A stretch of 58,958 bases of DNA from an uncultured OCS116 cluster bacterium. Its GTDB lineage: Bacteria; Pseudomonadota; Alphaproteobacteria; Rhizobiales; TMED25. Below the pieces are notes generated by a model. That model was given only the letters and a program-made list of their open reading frames with translations, had not been told where the DNA came from and did no database searches. The position numbers and the translations under genes are program-made. Within the stretch, counting starts at the first letter, position 1, and each line of letters starts with the position of its first letter. Of this stretch, positions 9,510 to 18,462 are shown piece by piece. The stretch lies in assembly GCA_902538185.1 (NCBI GenBank), contig CACBED010000002.1:1-58958 (forward strand). The letters are read 5' to 3'.

Positions 9510-9794
9510 ATGCCAAAAATGTTGATAACTGTGAATATATCAAAAGGCTTTAAAACCTGGACTGATATGGCAAGGTCACTCGAAGATGAAGCTGGTGCAA
9601 ATGGTGCGAAAATTATATGGGCTGGTACAAACCCCAATGAGTCATCTGTATTTGTAATGATGGATGTTCCTGATCCAGAATTTATGCAAACATTCGGTTT
9701 ACGTCCCGATATCAAAAAAGCTCGTGAGGACGCTGGAGCTGATGTTTCATCTACCACTGTAATTACGCCTATTAGTGATTATTGGCTTGGTTAG
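9510..9794 (+). CDS. Small soluble hypothetical protein (possibly DUF3764-like alpha+beta barrel)
   Basis: AAGGAG RBS before ATG 9510; ferredoxin-like beta/alpha pattern. Family resemblance is from memory only. Confidence 0.7.
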   Translation: MPKMLITVNISKGFKTWTDMARSLEDEAGANGAKIIWAGTNPNESSVFVMMDVPDPEFMQTFGLRPDIKKAREDAGADVSSTTVITPISDYWLG

Positions 9795-9905
9795 TTTTAT
9801 ATTTTTGTTGATGGAAAATAGTTGAGCATATTACCAAACATTATCATATAAAGACCGATTTGGTAGATCTAAAAATATATTGTTATCTAATACAAAAGTA
9901 ACTAT

Positions 9906-10127
9906 ATGCAATATATGAATATTACAAAACCAGAGACAACTATCACACATATCTTGGTATCTGTAATCGTGGGAATGTGTGTGATGTATTTTACTGTAGA
10001 TTTTTCGGAAAGTGAAAATCTTAACCGCATGATGGATTCAATATTCTGGCTTGCCTTTATAGTTACATTTTTCTCGCTGAGATACCGAAAACCCATTACG
10101 GCATGGATACGAAAGAAATTTCAATAG
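9906..10127 (+). CDS. Small two-TM hypothetical membrane protein
   Basis: Two hydrophobic segments and a basic tail; co-oriented with neighbours; start may be 9915. Confidence 0.55.
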   Translation: MQYMNITKPETTITHILVSVIVGMCVMYFTVDFSESENLNRMMDSIFWLAFIVTFFSLRYRKPITAWIRKKFQ

Positions 10128-10145
10128 TAATTTAGGATGAATAAT

Positions 10146-10286
10146 ATGGAATTTAGTAATTTTGGTACCGTAATTATTTTTGGATTAATACTTATGAACT
10201 TATGGTTATGGAATAAACTGTATGTATTAGAACAAACTGTTGATCGACACAAAAACATATTAGAAAAAGATAAAGATAAGCATTAA
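10146..10286 (+). CDS. 46-aa single-pass membrane microprotein (not in the ORF track)
   Basis: MEFSNFGTVIIFGLILMNLWLWNKLYVLEQTVDRHKNILEKDKDKH*. 'AGGATG' upstream; fills the gap between two co-oriented genes. Confidence 0.6.
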   Translation: MEFSNFGTVIIFGLILMNLWLWNKLYVLEQTVDRHKNILEKDKDKH

Positions 10287-10299
10287 TTCGTTGTAATAC

Positions 10300-10497
10300 A
10301 TGCAAAAGATTTTATTAATTATAGGTCTTATTTTTATTGCTGCTGCGCTTGTCTATCCTTTTTTAAAAAAGATTGGGTTTGGCAGGTTGCCAGGTGATTT
10401 ATTTTTCAAATTCGGTAATTCATCATTCTACTTTCCTGTTGTAACTTGTATTATAATAAGTATCGTTTTAACGATAATCATTAATCTAATGAAATAA
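10300..10497 (+). CDS. DUF2905 family small membrane protein
   Basis: Signature 'GRLPGD....FYFPVVTCIIIS' between two TM segments. Confidence 0.85.
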   Translation: MQKILLIIGLIFIAAALVYPFLKKIGFGRLPGDLFFKFGNSSFYFPVVTCIIISIVLTIIINLMK

Positions 10498-10504
10498 CTT
10501 AATT

Positions 10505-11158
10505 ATGATACTCATTGCCCTTACTATTTTACCTCCTTTTCTAATTCTATATTACATCATTAAATCTGATAGGTTCGCAGAACCAATGAATATGATCAGG
10601 CGTACATTCGTTCTTGGCGTGTTCTTGTGTATCCCGGCCGGTATCATTAATACTATGCTTATCGGGGATACTAACATGTCCTATCTTGCAGGCCTTACTG
10701 AGGAGTCTCTTAAATTCACGGCCTTATACCTATTCTTAAGAAATAAAATTGATTTTAATGAGCCGATGGATGCTATTGTTTACGGCACATTAATATCACT
10801 TGGTTTTGCCACTTTAGAGAATTTTAACTATGTCTACAGTGCTGAGTATTTTGGGATGCAGGCAAGTACATTGGCGCTCATAAGGGCATTTACTGCCATT
10901 CCATTACACGCTGGGTGTGGAATAATAATGGGCTTTTACTATGGATTATATGTATTTAGAGGCGGGGAGAAATATATAATTTACTCTTTGGTAATCCCAA
11001 TAATGGTCCACGGATTTTATAACTATATTGCTGGGATTAATTTTATCGTTCTTATTTTCTATGTCATTGCGCTTGGTATTTTCGTCTACAATTTGCATGA
11101 TATTTATAGGCTCGAACAACTTAAAAAAATTAATGAGCATGAGTCACGAAAAATATAG
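10505..11158 (+). CDS. prsW: PrsW family intramembrane glutamic/metalloprotease
   Basis: 'SDRFAEP', 'LTEESLK' (EExxK), 'LGFATLEN', 'IPLHA', 'VHGFYN' motifs. Confidence 0.9.
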   Translation: MILIALTILPPFLILYYIIKSDRFAEPMNMIRRTFVLGVFLCIPAGIINTMLIGDTNMSYLAGLTEESLKFTALYLFLRNKIDFNEPMDAIVYGTLISLGFATLENFNYVYSAEYFGMQASTLALIRAFTAIPLHAGCGIIMGFYYGLYVFRGGEKYIIYSLVIPIMVHGFYNYIAGINFIVLIFYVIALGIFVYNLHDIYRLEQLKKINEHESRKI

Positions 11159-11266
11159 GGAATTAATTAATTAAACAGTGTTTTAATGTTCAAATTTGAT
11201 CACATATACACTTGCTTATGCAACCATAGTCCCTATATTATAAACATACAAATAAAGGAAAATGAA

Positions 11267-12712
11267 ATGACTGAAACTTATCCAAATACGAAACTTCACA
11301 TTGGTGGTAAATGGGTTGACGCTGTTGGCGGTGAAACAATTGATGTAATTAACCCAGCTACAGGCGAGCCCATTGGTGCAGTAGCCCATGCAAGAACGGC
11401 AGATCTGGACCTAGCTCTTGAAGCTGCTAAATCTGGATTTGAGGTTTGGAAAAAAACTTCTCCATTTAGCAGATATAAAATGATGCGTAATGTCGCAAGT
11501 CTCTTAAAGGAAAGAGTTAAAGAAATCGCACCCGTTTTAACACAAGAACAGGGTAAGCCATTACAACAGTCAAAGTCGGAAATTTCTCTTGCAGTAGATA
11601 TAATTGATTGGTTTGCAGAAGAAGGCAGGCGCGCATATGGGAGGGTTATCCCAGCTCGAACAGAAGGTGTCTATCAGCTCGTAACAAAAGAGCCCGTTGG
11701 TCCTGTTGCAGGGTTTACACCATGGAATTTTCCAATAAATCAAGGTGTTAGAAAAATATCATCGGCTCTTGCTGCAGGGTGCTCGATTATTCTTAAAGGT
11801 GCAGAAGAGACACCAGCAAGTACCGCTGCCCTTGTTAAATGTTTTGCTGATGCCGGTATTCCAGATGGAGTCGTAAACCTGGTCTATGGAACTCCAGCTG
11901 AGATTTCAGAATATTTAATTTCAAATCCTATCATCAAAAAAGCAACTTTCACTGGCTCAACAGCTGTTGGAAAGCAACTTGCATCTATAGCAGGTGCTCA
12001 TATGAAGAAGGTAACAATGGAGCTTGGTGGGCATGCCCCTGCAATTGTTTGTGAAGATGCGAACCTAGATGTTGCATTGAACGTCCTTGTCGAGAATAAA
12101 TATCGAAACGCAGGACAGGTATGTGTATCTCCAACAAGGTTTTTAATTCACGAAACTCTCTATGACGAGTTTGTGGACCGCTTCACGGATATGTCTAAAA
12201 AAATTAAAATAGGTAATGGATTGGACCCCGAAACACAGATGGGGCCACTGGCTCATGACCGAAGAGTTGAAGCAATAGAGGGCTTTGTAAGTGATGCTGT
12301 GAGCAAAGGCGCTAAAATAAGGACTGGCGGTAATAGGATCGGAAATGAGGGTTATTTCTTTGAACCTACCGTTCTTACAGATGTGCCGTTAGATGCACGA
12401 ATGATGAATGAAGAACCATTCGGCCCTGTTGCTCCCATGACACCATTTAGTGACTTTGATAGCGCTATAGAAGAGGCAAATCGTCTCGATTACGGTCTTG
12501 CATCATATGCCTATACATCTTCTGCAGAGACTGCGGAAAAATTAGGATCGCAGATTGAAAGCGGTATGGTATCAATTAATCATCATGGTATTGCACTGAT
12601 TGAAACACCTTTTGGAGGGGTTAAGGACTCAGGTTATGGCTCCGAGGGCGGTCAAGAAGGTATTGAGGGGTATATGAATACAAAATTTATAACACACAAG
12701 ACTGTTTTATAG
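11267..12712 (+). CDS. NAD-dependent aldehyde dehydrogenase, succinate-semialdehyde / alpha-ketoglutarate-semialdehyde (AraE-like) subfamily, 481 aa
   Basis: 'FTPWNFP', 'FTGST', 'MELGGHAP', catalytic 'NAGQVCVSP', 'EEPFGP', 'PFGGVKDSGYGSEGG'. AAGGA RBS supports ATG 11267. Confidence 0.92.
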   Translation: MTETYPNTKLHIGGKWVDAVGGETIDVINPATGEPIGAVAHARTADLDLALEAAKSGFEVWKKTSPFSRYKMMRNVASLLKERVKEIAPVLTQEQGKPLQQSKSEISLAVDIIDWFAEEGRRAYGRVIPARTEGVYQLVTKEPVGPVAGFTPWNFPINQGVRKISSALAAGCSIILKGAEETPASTAALVKCFADAGIPDGVVNLVYGTPAEISEYLISNPIIKKATFTGSTAVGKQLASIAGAHMKKVTMELGGHAPAIVCEDANLDVALNVLVENKYRNAGQVCVSPTRFLIHETLYDEFVDRFTDMSKKIKIGNGLDPETQMGPLAHDRRVEAIEGFVSDAVSKGAKIRTGGNRIGNEGYFFEPTVLTDVPLDARMMNEEPFGPVAPMTPFSDFDSAIEEANRLDYGLASYAYTSSAETAEKLGSQIESGMVSINHHGIALIETPFGGVKDSGYGSEGGQEGIEGYMNTKFITHKTVL

Positions 12713-12722
12713 GCGTATAAAA

Positions 12723-13157
12723 ATGAATAAATTTAATCTCCCTGATCCTGTACCTGCAAATGGAAATTATACTCCTTATCATATAGATGGAAACCTTATC
12801 TACATATCGGGCCAATTACCGATAAGAGACGGAAAGCTTGTTACAACTGCTGGAGATAATAGCTTTGTTAAGATAGCTCAATTACAGATGGAGATTGTTA
12901 CTCTTAATATTTTATCGCATGTGATGTCTGCTGTAGATGGTGATAAAAATAGGATTGAGTCATGTGTTAAACTAACTGCGTATCTTGTACCACCCGAAGG
13001 CTTCTATGAGCACGCACTTATCTCAAATATTGGCTCAGACATGATAAATGATTTTTTGAAGCCACCTCAAAACCATACCAGAACAACTATTGGAATTAAA
13101 AGCTTACCTTTAGGGTCACTAGTAGAAGCCGACGCTATATTTAAAATTACACAATAA
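12723..13157 (+). CDS. Rid (YjgF/YER057c/UK114) family enamine/imine deaminase
   Basis: 'GNYTP', 'IYISGQLP', conserved Arg in 'HTRTTIG', 'LPLGSLVEADAI'. Confidence 0.85.
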   Translation: MNKFNLPDPVPANGNYTPYHIDGNLIYISGQLPIRDGKLVTTAGDNSFVKIAQLQMEIVTLNILSHVMSAVDGDKNRIESCVKLTAYLVPPEGFYEHALISNIGSDMINDFLKPPQNHTRTTIGIKSLPLGSLVEADAIFKITQ

Positions 13158-13162
13158 GCATA

Positions 13163-13933
13163 ATGACTAAAATTGGTAATATTAATTTATCGATAAATCT
13201 TATCGATAAAGTTTCTAATAGTGCATTTTTATTCATACATGGCTTACAATCGAGAAAAGAGACATTTGATATCTATCTTAATAATTTTTCATCGAAAACA
13301 AAAAGGTCTCTTATATCCCTTGATTTAATTGGATTTGGGCAATCTGATAAACCTGAAAACTTCGGTTATAATTTATTGGATCAAGTAAATAAAATAAAAG
13401 AGCTTTTATATGTATTGGAAATAAAAGATCTTATTATCATTGGTCACAGTTATGGTGGAATGATCGGAACCAAGCTGCTTCAAGCTGAAGATCTAGAGAT
13501 TAAGTCCATAATAAGCCTTGAGGGAAACCTAGTTGAAGAAGATTGCGGTGAAAGCATCAATGTAGCCAATATGACTTTTAGTAAATTTCAAGATTATTTT
13601 GAGCTGTTAAAAGGTGAGTTGGTGGACTCGAATTATAAGTCCGATATATTTAGAGGTGAGTCACTCGCCAAAATACCCGCAGAAGTATTTTATAAAACCT
13701 CAAAAACTATTGTTAATTGGTCAAAATCAGGTGTCTTGTATGATCTTTTTTGCAATAGCTCCATACCTAAATTACTAATCACTGGATCAAATAGCAGCTA
13801 TTTTAGTAAACCAAAGAGGGATAATATTAAGCACGTAACAATTGACGATGTAACTCATTTTATGTTGTCGGAAAAACCATTTGAGGTCTATGAATATATC
13901 GAAAAATATCTAAGTAACAATCATCTTCTCTAG
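13163..13933 (+). CDS. Alpha/beta fold hydrolase
   Basis: 'FIHGL', 'DLIGFGQSDKP', nucleophile elbow GHSYGG, C-terminal His 'VTHFML'. Confidence 0.88.
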   Translation: MTKIGNINLSINLIDKVSNSAFLFIHGLQSRKETFDIYLNNFSSKTKRSLISLDLIGFGQSDKPENFGYNLLDQVNKIKELLYVLEIKDLIIIGHSYGGMIGTKLLQAEDLEIKSIISLEGNLVEEDCGESINVANMTFSKFQDYFELLKGELVDSNYKSDIFRGESLAKIPAEVFYKTSKTIVNWSKSGVLYDLFCNSSIPKLLITGSNSSYFSKPKRDNIKHVTIDDVTHFMLSEKPFEVYEYIEKYLSNNHLL

Positions 13934-13935
13934 TC

Positions 13936-14835
13936 TTATTGTGAGAGGAATTCATCTACCATTACGCGGCAATCATGACAATTTTCATTTTCAATGCCGC
14001 TACCAAATGATGCATGATCATCATCGTTTATTGTTATTAAATTGTTGGTTATTTGTAAATTATCCGCTCTTTGGTGTATTGCCTTAGACCCGTAGCTGAT
14101 AATACCTGTGCCATCTGTGTCACCCATTTCGTAAGGTACTACATCATCTCCGACAGAATGAACGCTAATAATCGAGGGTTCATCTTCATGAATTAAATAT
14201 GGTGATAATAGTGAGCCTGCAATATTCAGTACCTTATTAATTTCATATTTTTTTTCTGTAAATTTCGACATAAATGATTGTTTTTCTTGTGTAAAATTTG
14301 TAAATATATCACTCTCTGAAAGCAAAAATAAATCATCCACGGAGTTAATGTATGCATAGTGAAGTGAAGTTACTGCACCAGCTGAATAACCACCAATTAT
14401 AATTTCATGATCATTAAAGCCATATTTATCTGAGTTATCGTGGATATAACGTATGGCACTATCCAAATCATCCATTGCGAATACCAATGAGGTCGCATAA
14501 ATGTCATAATTTAGTTGTTCATGAAATTCTTCTGGTATCAGTCTGTAATTGAGGTTGCAAACTACAAAACCCTGCCGTGCTAAATATTTCGAATATTCAT
14601 TAAAATCAGCCTTCTCACCACCAAGAAATCCGCCACCATGCATGAGATAGACAATTTTCTTTTTTCCATTATTTTTTGGCTGATAAAGGTCTAATTCAAG
14701 TTTTTCAAGATCGCCATTTTGATTTATTTTTTCTGCATAAATAATGTTTGACGTGACCTTCGTGTAATGCGCAAGAACATTTGATGCATGAAGCAGTATG
14801 AACACTAGAGTTAGAATTTGGTAACTTAATTTCAT
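13936..14835 (-). CDS. Secreted alpha/beta hydrolase (HSL-like carboxylesterase)
   Basis: Signal-peptide-like N-terminus, 'LDLYQP', HGGGF oxyanion motif, GYSAG, 'DDVVPY', terminal His. Confidence 0.85.
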   Translation of the reverse strand: MKLSYQILTLVFILLHASNVLAHYTKVTSNIIYAEKINQNGDLEKLELDLYQPKNNGKKKIVYLMHGGGFLGGEKADFNEYSKYLARQGFVVCNLNYRLIPEEFHEQLNYDIYATSLVFAMDDLDSAIRYIHDNSDKYGFNDHEIIIGGYSAGAVTSLHYAYINSVDDLFLLSESDIFTNFTQEKQSFMSKFTEKKYEINKVLNIAGSLLSPYLIHEDEPSIISVHSVGDDVVPYEMGDTDGTGIISYGSKAIHQRADNLQITNNLITINDDDHASFGSGIENENCHDCRVMVDEFLSQ

Positions 14836-14913
14836 ACAATTTAATTTAACTTAGAATTATGCTAAATCAATTTTTTTATTATTGTTAAGATTATTTTCTA
14901 GTAAACAAATTAA

Positions 14914-15564
14914 TCATGCAGGGTTAATATTCTTCTTCCAAAACTTAGTAAACCACTCTAAGTAATCTCCATAAGCATCTGTTTTTAAATGTAAAGATTT
15001 CTTTATTTTATTGATTTCACCTTGTTCCTCCAGATCAACATCGAGTGAGTCATTAATTCTATTTAGCATATTAAACATAGCTGCCAATATCGTCATTTCC
15101 ACAATTTGTTTTTCGGTGAAAACTTCTTTAAGATCTGCGAATAGTTTATCATTTGAATTCGCTGAGTTATTAGTGACTGACTCAGCCCATTTTATTGCTA
15201 AAACCTCCTCTTGTGTAAAAAGATTTGGATCGCTAAAATCATTCAATGATAAAGCCTTAATATGTTCTTCTTCGATGCCAGCTGCTTGACCTAATGCTGT
15301 ATTATGCGCATAACAGTACTTACATGCATTGGTATGACTTGTTTTTATGACAATAAGTTCTTTAATTCTACCCGAAATATCCGTTCCCGACCATTCACGC
15401 TGTGCCGCGGAATTTATTGGTAGTAAGGCCATTGCGAGGTATGGTGAATGACTTAGTGTTTTATAGAAATTAGGTACTCTTCCCAATAAATTTGGCACCA
15501 TATCAAAAAACTCTTTATTCTCTTCACTTAGATCTGTTTGCTGAATTAATTTAACTCTCGACAT
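14914..15564 (-). CDS. Carboxymuconolactone decarboxylase / AhpD-like protein
   Basis: 'GRVPNFY..L.HSP', 'KELIV..TS..NACKYCYAHN' (CxYC..H), 'FNMLNRINDSL'. GGGAG RBS. Confidence 0.88.
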   Translation of the reverse strand: MSRVKLIQQTDLSEENKEFFDMVPNLLGRVPNFYKTLSHSPYLAMALLPINSAAQREWSGTDISGRIKELIVIKTSHTNACKYCYAHNTALGQAAGIEEEHIKALSLNDFSDPNLFTQEEVLAIKWAESVTNNSANSNDKLFADLKEVFTEKQIVEMTILAAMFNMLNRINDSLDVDLEEQGEINKIKKSLHLKTDAYGDYLEWFTKFWKKNINPA

Positions 15565-15581
15565 TTATTTCTCCCTATTAT

Positions 15582-16805
15582 TTAAAAGTAAGATTGGTTG
15601 GGTCCAACTGTAGGTTTCCACTCACAGTCACCAAATGGACCATCGCCATGATTTTCAACGTACGCTATTCTGCCATTAGATACACCCTGATTGGAATTTT
15701 TTGAAAAAAGAACTCTTTGCAGCCAATCAACAGTATAATGGTGACAATCTAATTTACCTAAGTTTGGTATATTCCAAAGGGGATGAAATTGATCTTCAAT
15801 TACCCACATTTCTTTTTTGCATGTGAGATCCTCAAATACTTCGATTGCATCTTCAAGTGGGCATAATGGGTCAAACTCACCCGTCACAAGTAACGTGGGG
15901 CATTTTATTTTTTCTGAATATCCTTTAACTGTCATTTTTGAAGACATTTTGTCAAATTCCTCTTCATTTTCTATGCCCGCCATATACATAAACATTTGCT
16001 TAAATCTTGGAGAAGATTCAGAAAAAATAGTATTGTTTGGGTTGAAACAGGCAACACCACTTGCAATTGCAGCTGCCCTATGGTCATAACTGGCAAGTCT
16101 TAGAGACCAATAACTTCCCATGCTGACACCATATATTCCAATTCTATCACCATCAATCTCTTCACGGTTTTGTAAATACGTCATAACTGCTGCGCCTGCA
16201 CGTTCATAATTATCACCAACAGCTCTGATTTTTTGAATATTTGAATTGCCTTGGCCAGGTCCATCCATCGATATTACATGCATACCTCTATTTATTGCTA
16301 AATTATTCATTACTTTCGGAAAATATTCTTTAGTTTGATCCATACCTGGCACATAGATAATACATGGCGCTTTTCTTCGATCTGGTAATAAATGCAAAAG
16401 ACAAGATATTGTCTTTCCGTCATCAAAAGGTACCTCAACCCTTTCAATAGGATAGGGGGAGAGTTCACTCCGTCTATCGACCATTTCTTTCAGTTTATTT
16501 GTAAGGTTTATTTTGACTGGGTTATTATCATAGTATATTGGATGTTGTGCCATCCTATATGACTCTACGGCATGTTCAAAATGCTCGAGCGCAGTCATTT
16601 TAAAACCTTGTTTAAGAGCTTGCTTTGCTAAGGATTCGTCATGTTCAGCTTTTTGCCGCCACATCTTTGGCAGCATCCTATAGTTATGGGCTCGTTTTGG
16701 TGTTTCCCAGTCGTCTCTTTCAAAATTCTGCACACGCCCACGCATGTTCAAAGCCAAATCTAGCATCCACTGCTGATTATCTCTTTTTGTCCTTAAGGTT
16801 CTCAT
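15582..16805 (-). CDS. Alpha/beta hydrolase of the 2,6-dihydroxypseudooxynicotine hydrolase / FrsA-like family
   Basis: 'IERVEVPF', 'PGMDQTKE', 'MDGPGQG', nucleophile GVSMG, 'GEFDPL', 'QFHP'. GGGAG RBS. Confidence 0.82.
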   Translation of the reverse strand: MRTLRTKRDNQQWMLDLALNMRGRVQNFERDDWETPKRAHNYRMLPKMWRQKAEHDESLAKQALKQGFKMTALEHFEHAVESYRMAQHPIYYDNNPVKINLTNKLKEMVDRRSELSPYPIERVEVPFDDGKTISCLLHLLPDRRKAPCIIYVPGMDQTKEYFPKVMNNLAINRGMHVISMDGPGQGNSNIQKIRAVGDNYERAGAAVMTYLQNREEIDGDRIGIYGVSMGSYWSLRLASYDHRAAAIASGVACFNPNNTIFSESSPRFKQMFMYMAGIENEEEFDKMSSKMTVKGYSEKIKCPTLLVTGEFDPLCPLEDAIEVFEDLTCKKEMWVIEDQFHPLWNIPNLGKLDCHHYTVDWLQRVLFSKNSNQGVSNGRIAYVENHGDGPFGDCEWKPTVGPNQSYF

Positions 16806-16830
16806 TTGTATCTCCCTAAAAAATACTCTG

Positions 16831-16847
16831 TTTTAACTGTGTTAAAA
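16831..16847. promoter_or_regulatory. Palindrome (candidate operator) in the divergent promoter
   Basis: TTTTAAC-TGT-GTTAAAA, directly upstream of TATAAT (16853-16858). Confidence 0.4.
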
Positions 16848-16916
16848 TTTACTATAATATTAGGTTATTGATTTGATCTTGCAATGAATAAATGTTCTTA
16901 TTTTTATTGGAGATTT

Positions 16917-17540
16917 ATGAATATGATGAAATTAACAAATAAACCAGCTAATGGATCGGGCTTGCTAGCTATATTTTGTGACTTAGATCCAAAAGACCAA
17001 AAAGAATTTTACCCATGGCTTGTGAATGAAATGTTCCCTGCGAGATTAAAAATAGGCTTTAATAGTTGTGCCAGTTTTGAAAAAATAAGCGGAGATGGGC
17101 AAAAATTTCTTACACTTTACGAAGTCGATGATATTGTGTCCTTGTATGGCAGACCTTATCAAAAGTTACGTGAGAATAGGTCACCTTTAGATACAAAGTT
17201 CCATGAGAGTTTTATAAATCCATCGCGGTATATTCTTACACTTATTCCGCCATCGATAGAGAAAGATCATAGTGGTTTTCTAGATTATGTTAAGATCACA
17301 AGAGAGACTATAACGGGCGCTAATGTACAAAAATATCATTCTAATTTTATTACTAAGATAAATAATTTAAATCTATTACCTCTAAGACGATATATAACTG
17401 TTGAAGGCGAGCATCATAATTTTACGATAATTGAAGCTAAAGAAATTAACAAAATAATTGATCAGGATATTGGGGATAAGATATCATCTTCGAAGAGTCA
17501 GATTGATGCATTGTATAAACGCGAGATACAACAATTATGA
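16917..17540 (+). CDS. Hypothetical protein, probable EthD/DUF4286-like dimeric alpha+beta barrel
   Basis: 'EFYPWLVNEMFPARL...KFLTLYEVDD....Y' resembles the family pattern. GGAG RBS supports ATG 16917. Confidence 0.6.
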   Translation: MNMMKLTNKPANGSGLLAIFCDLDPKDQKEFYPWLVNEMFPARLKIGFNSCASFEKISGDGQKFLTLYEVDDIVSLYGRPYQKLRENRSPLDTKFHESFINPSRYILTLIPPSIEKDHSGFLDYVKITRETITGANVQKYHSNFITKINNLNLLPLRRYITVEGEHHNFTIIEAKEINKIIDQDIGDKISSSKSQIDALYKREIQQL

Positions 17541-17550
17541 GGGTTAAATA

Positions 17551-18144
17551 ATGACTGTAGACCATAAATTCTTAAGAAATCTATATGCAGAACCAAGGCC
17601 AACATCTCTAGCAAAGGTTCAGTATAAAATCGATCAACATTGTCGAGAGTTTATAGGCAGATCACCCTTTATAATTCTTGGTACGGATGGAGATGTTTCA
17701 CCCAAAGGTGATTTTCCTGGTTTTGTCGATGTTTTAGATGATAACACAATTGCGATCCCCGATAGGTCAGGAAATAATCGTCTTGACTCGTATATAAATA
17801 TTCTAAAAAACCCAAAAGTTGCGGTTATGTTTCTAATACCAGGGATTAGCGAAGTCCTAAGAATTAGGGGTATGGCTGAGATATCTCAAGATAAAAATTT
17901 ATTAGTAAAAATGTCTGTAAACAGTCAGATACCGAAAACTGCACTTATTATAAGTGTTAATGAAATATATCTACATTGTGCAAAAGCAATTGCGCGCTCA
18001 GATATTTGGAACCCTGACAAACTGGTTAAAGATTACTCTACTCGAGAAATGTTTGCAGAACACGTCGGTAAATCTAAAAAAGAATTCAGTGACTATTATG
18101 ATAATGCAACAAACGAGGCATTAACTAGCGAAGGAAGAAAATAA
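17551..18144 (+). CDS. Pyridoxamine 5'-phosphate oxidase-like FMN-binding protein (MSMEG_1061 family)
   Basis: 'FIGRSPF', 'DVSPKGD.PGFV', 'PDRSGNNRLDS', 'YLHCAKAIARS.IW'. Confidence 0.9.
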   Translation: MTVDHKFLRNLYAEPRPTSLAKVQYKIDQHCREFIGRSPFIILGTDGDVSPKGDFPGFVDVLDDNTIAIPDRSGNNRLDSYINILKNPKVAVMFLIPGISEVLRIRGMAEISQDKNLLVKMSVNSQIPKTALIISVNEIYLHCAKAIARSDIWNPDKLVKDYSTREMFAEHVGKSKKEFSDYYDNATNEALTSEGRK

Positions 18145-18153
18145 CCACCTCTT

Positions 18154-18462
18154 TTAATTAAAGAAATTTCTACTTATTGCTATAGTGACAACACCAATGA
18201 CCATTGAAAGAAAAACATTTTTTGTTTTATACATGCATACTGCTATTAAAAAAATTGCAAAAATGCCTGCCAAACCTTCTTTTAATATTACTGGAGTTAC
18301 AAATGACAACAATAAAGTCGGCGGTAAATAATCTAAAAATATTCTGATTTTGCCTTCATTAGATATTTTACCTGATAGTAATAATCCAGATAACCTCAGC
18401 CCATAAGTGCCAATAGAAACAAGAAAAATAATTATTAATGCATATAACTCATGACTATTCAT
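18154..18462 (-). CDS. azlD: AzlD family membrane protein
   Basis: 'TYGLRLSG', 'LDYLPPTLL'. Overlaps the azlC stop. Confidence 0.85.
   Translation of the reverse strand: MNSHELYALIIIFLVSIGTYGLRLSGLLLSGKISNEGKIRIFLDYLPPTLLLSFVTPVILKEGLAGIFAIFLIAVCMYKTKNVFLSMVIGVVTIAISRNFFN

Noticed and set aside
14860-14916. Selenocysteine readthrough at the TGA of the AhpD-like gene
   Set aside because: The CxxC is intact with cysteines, the TGA follows a complete domain, and the downstream sequence is short, AT-rich and without an evident SECIS-like stem.
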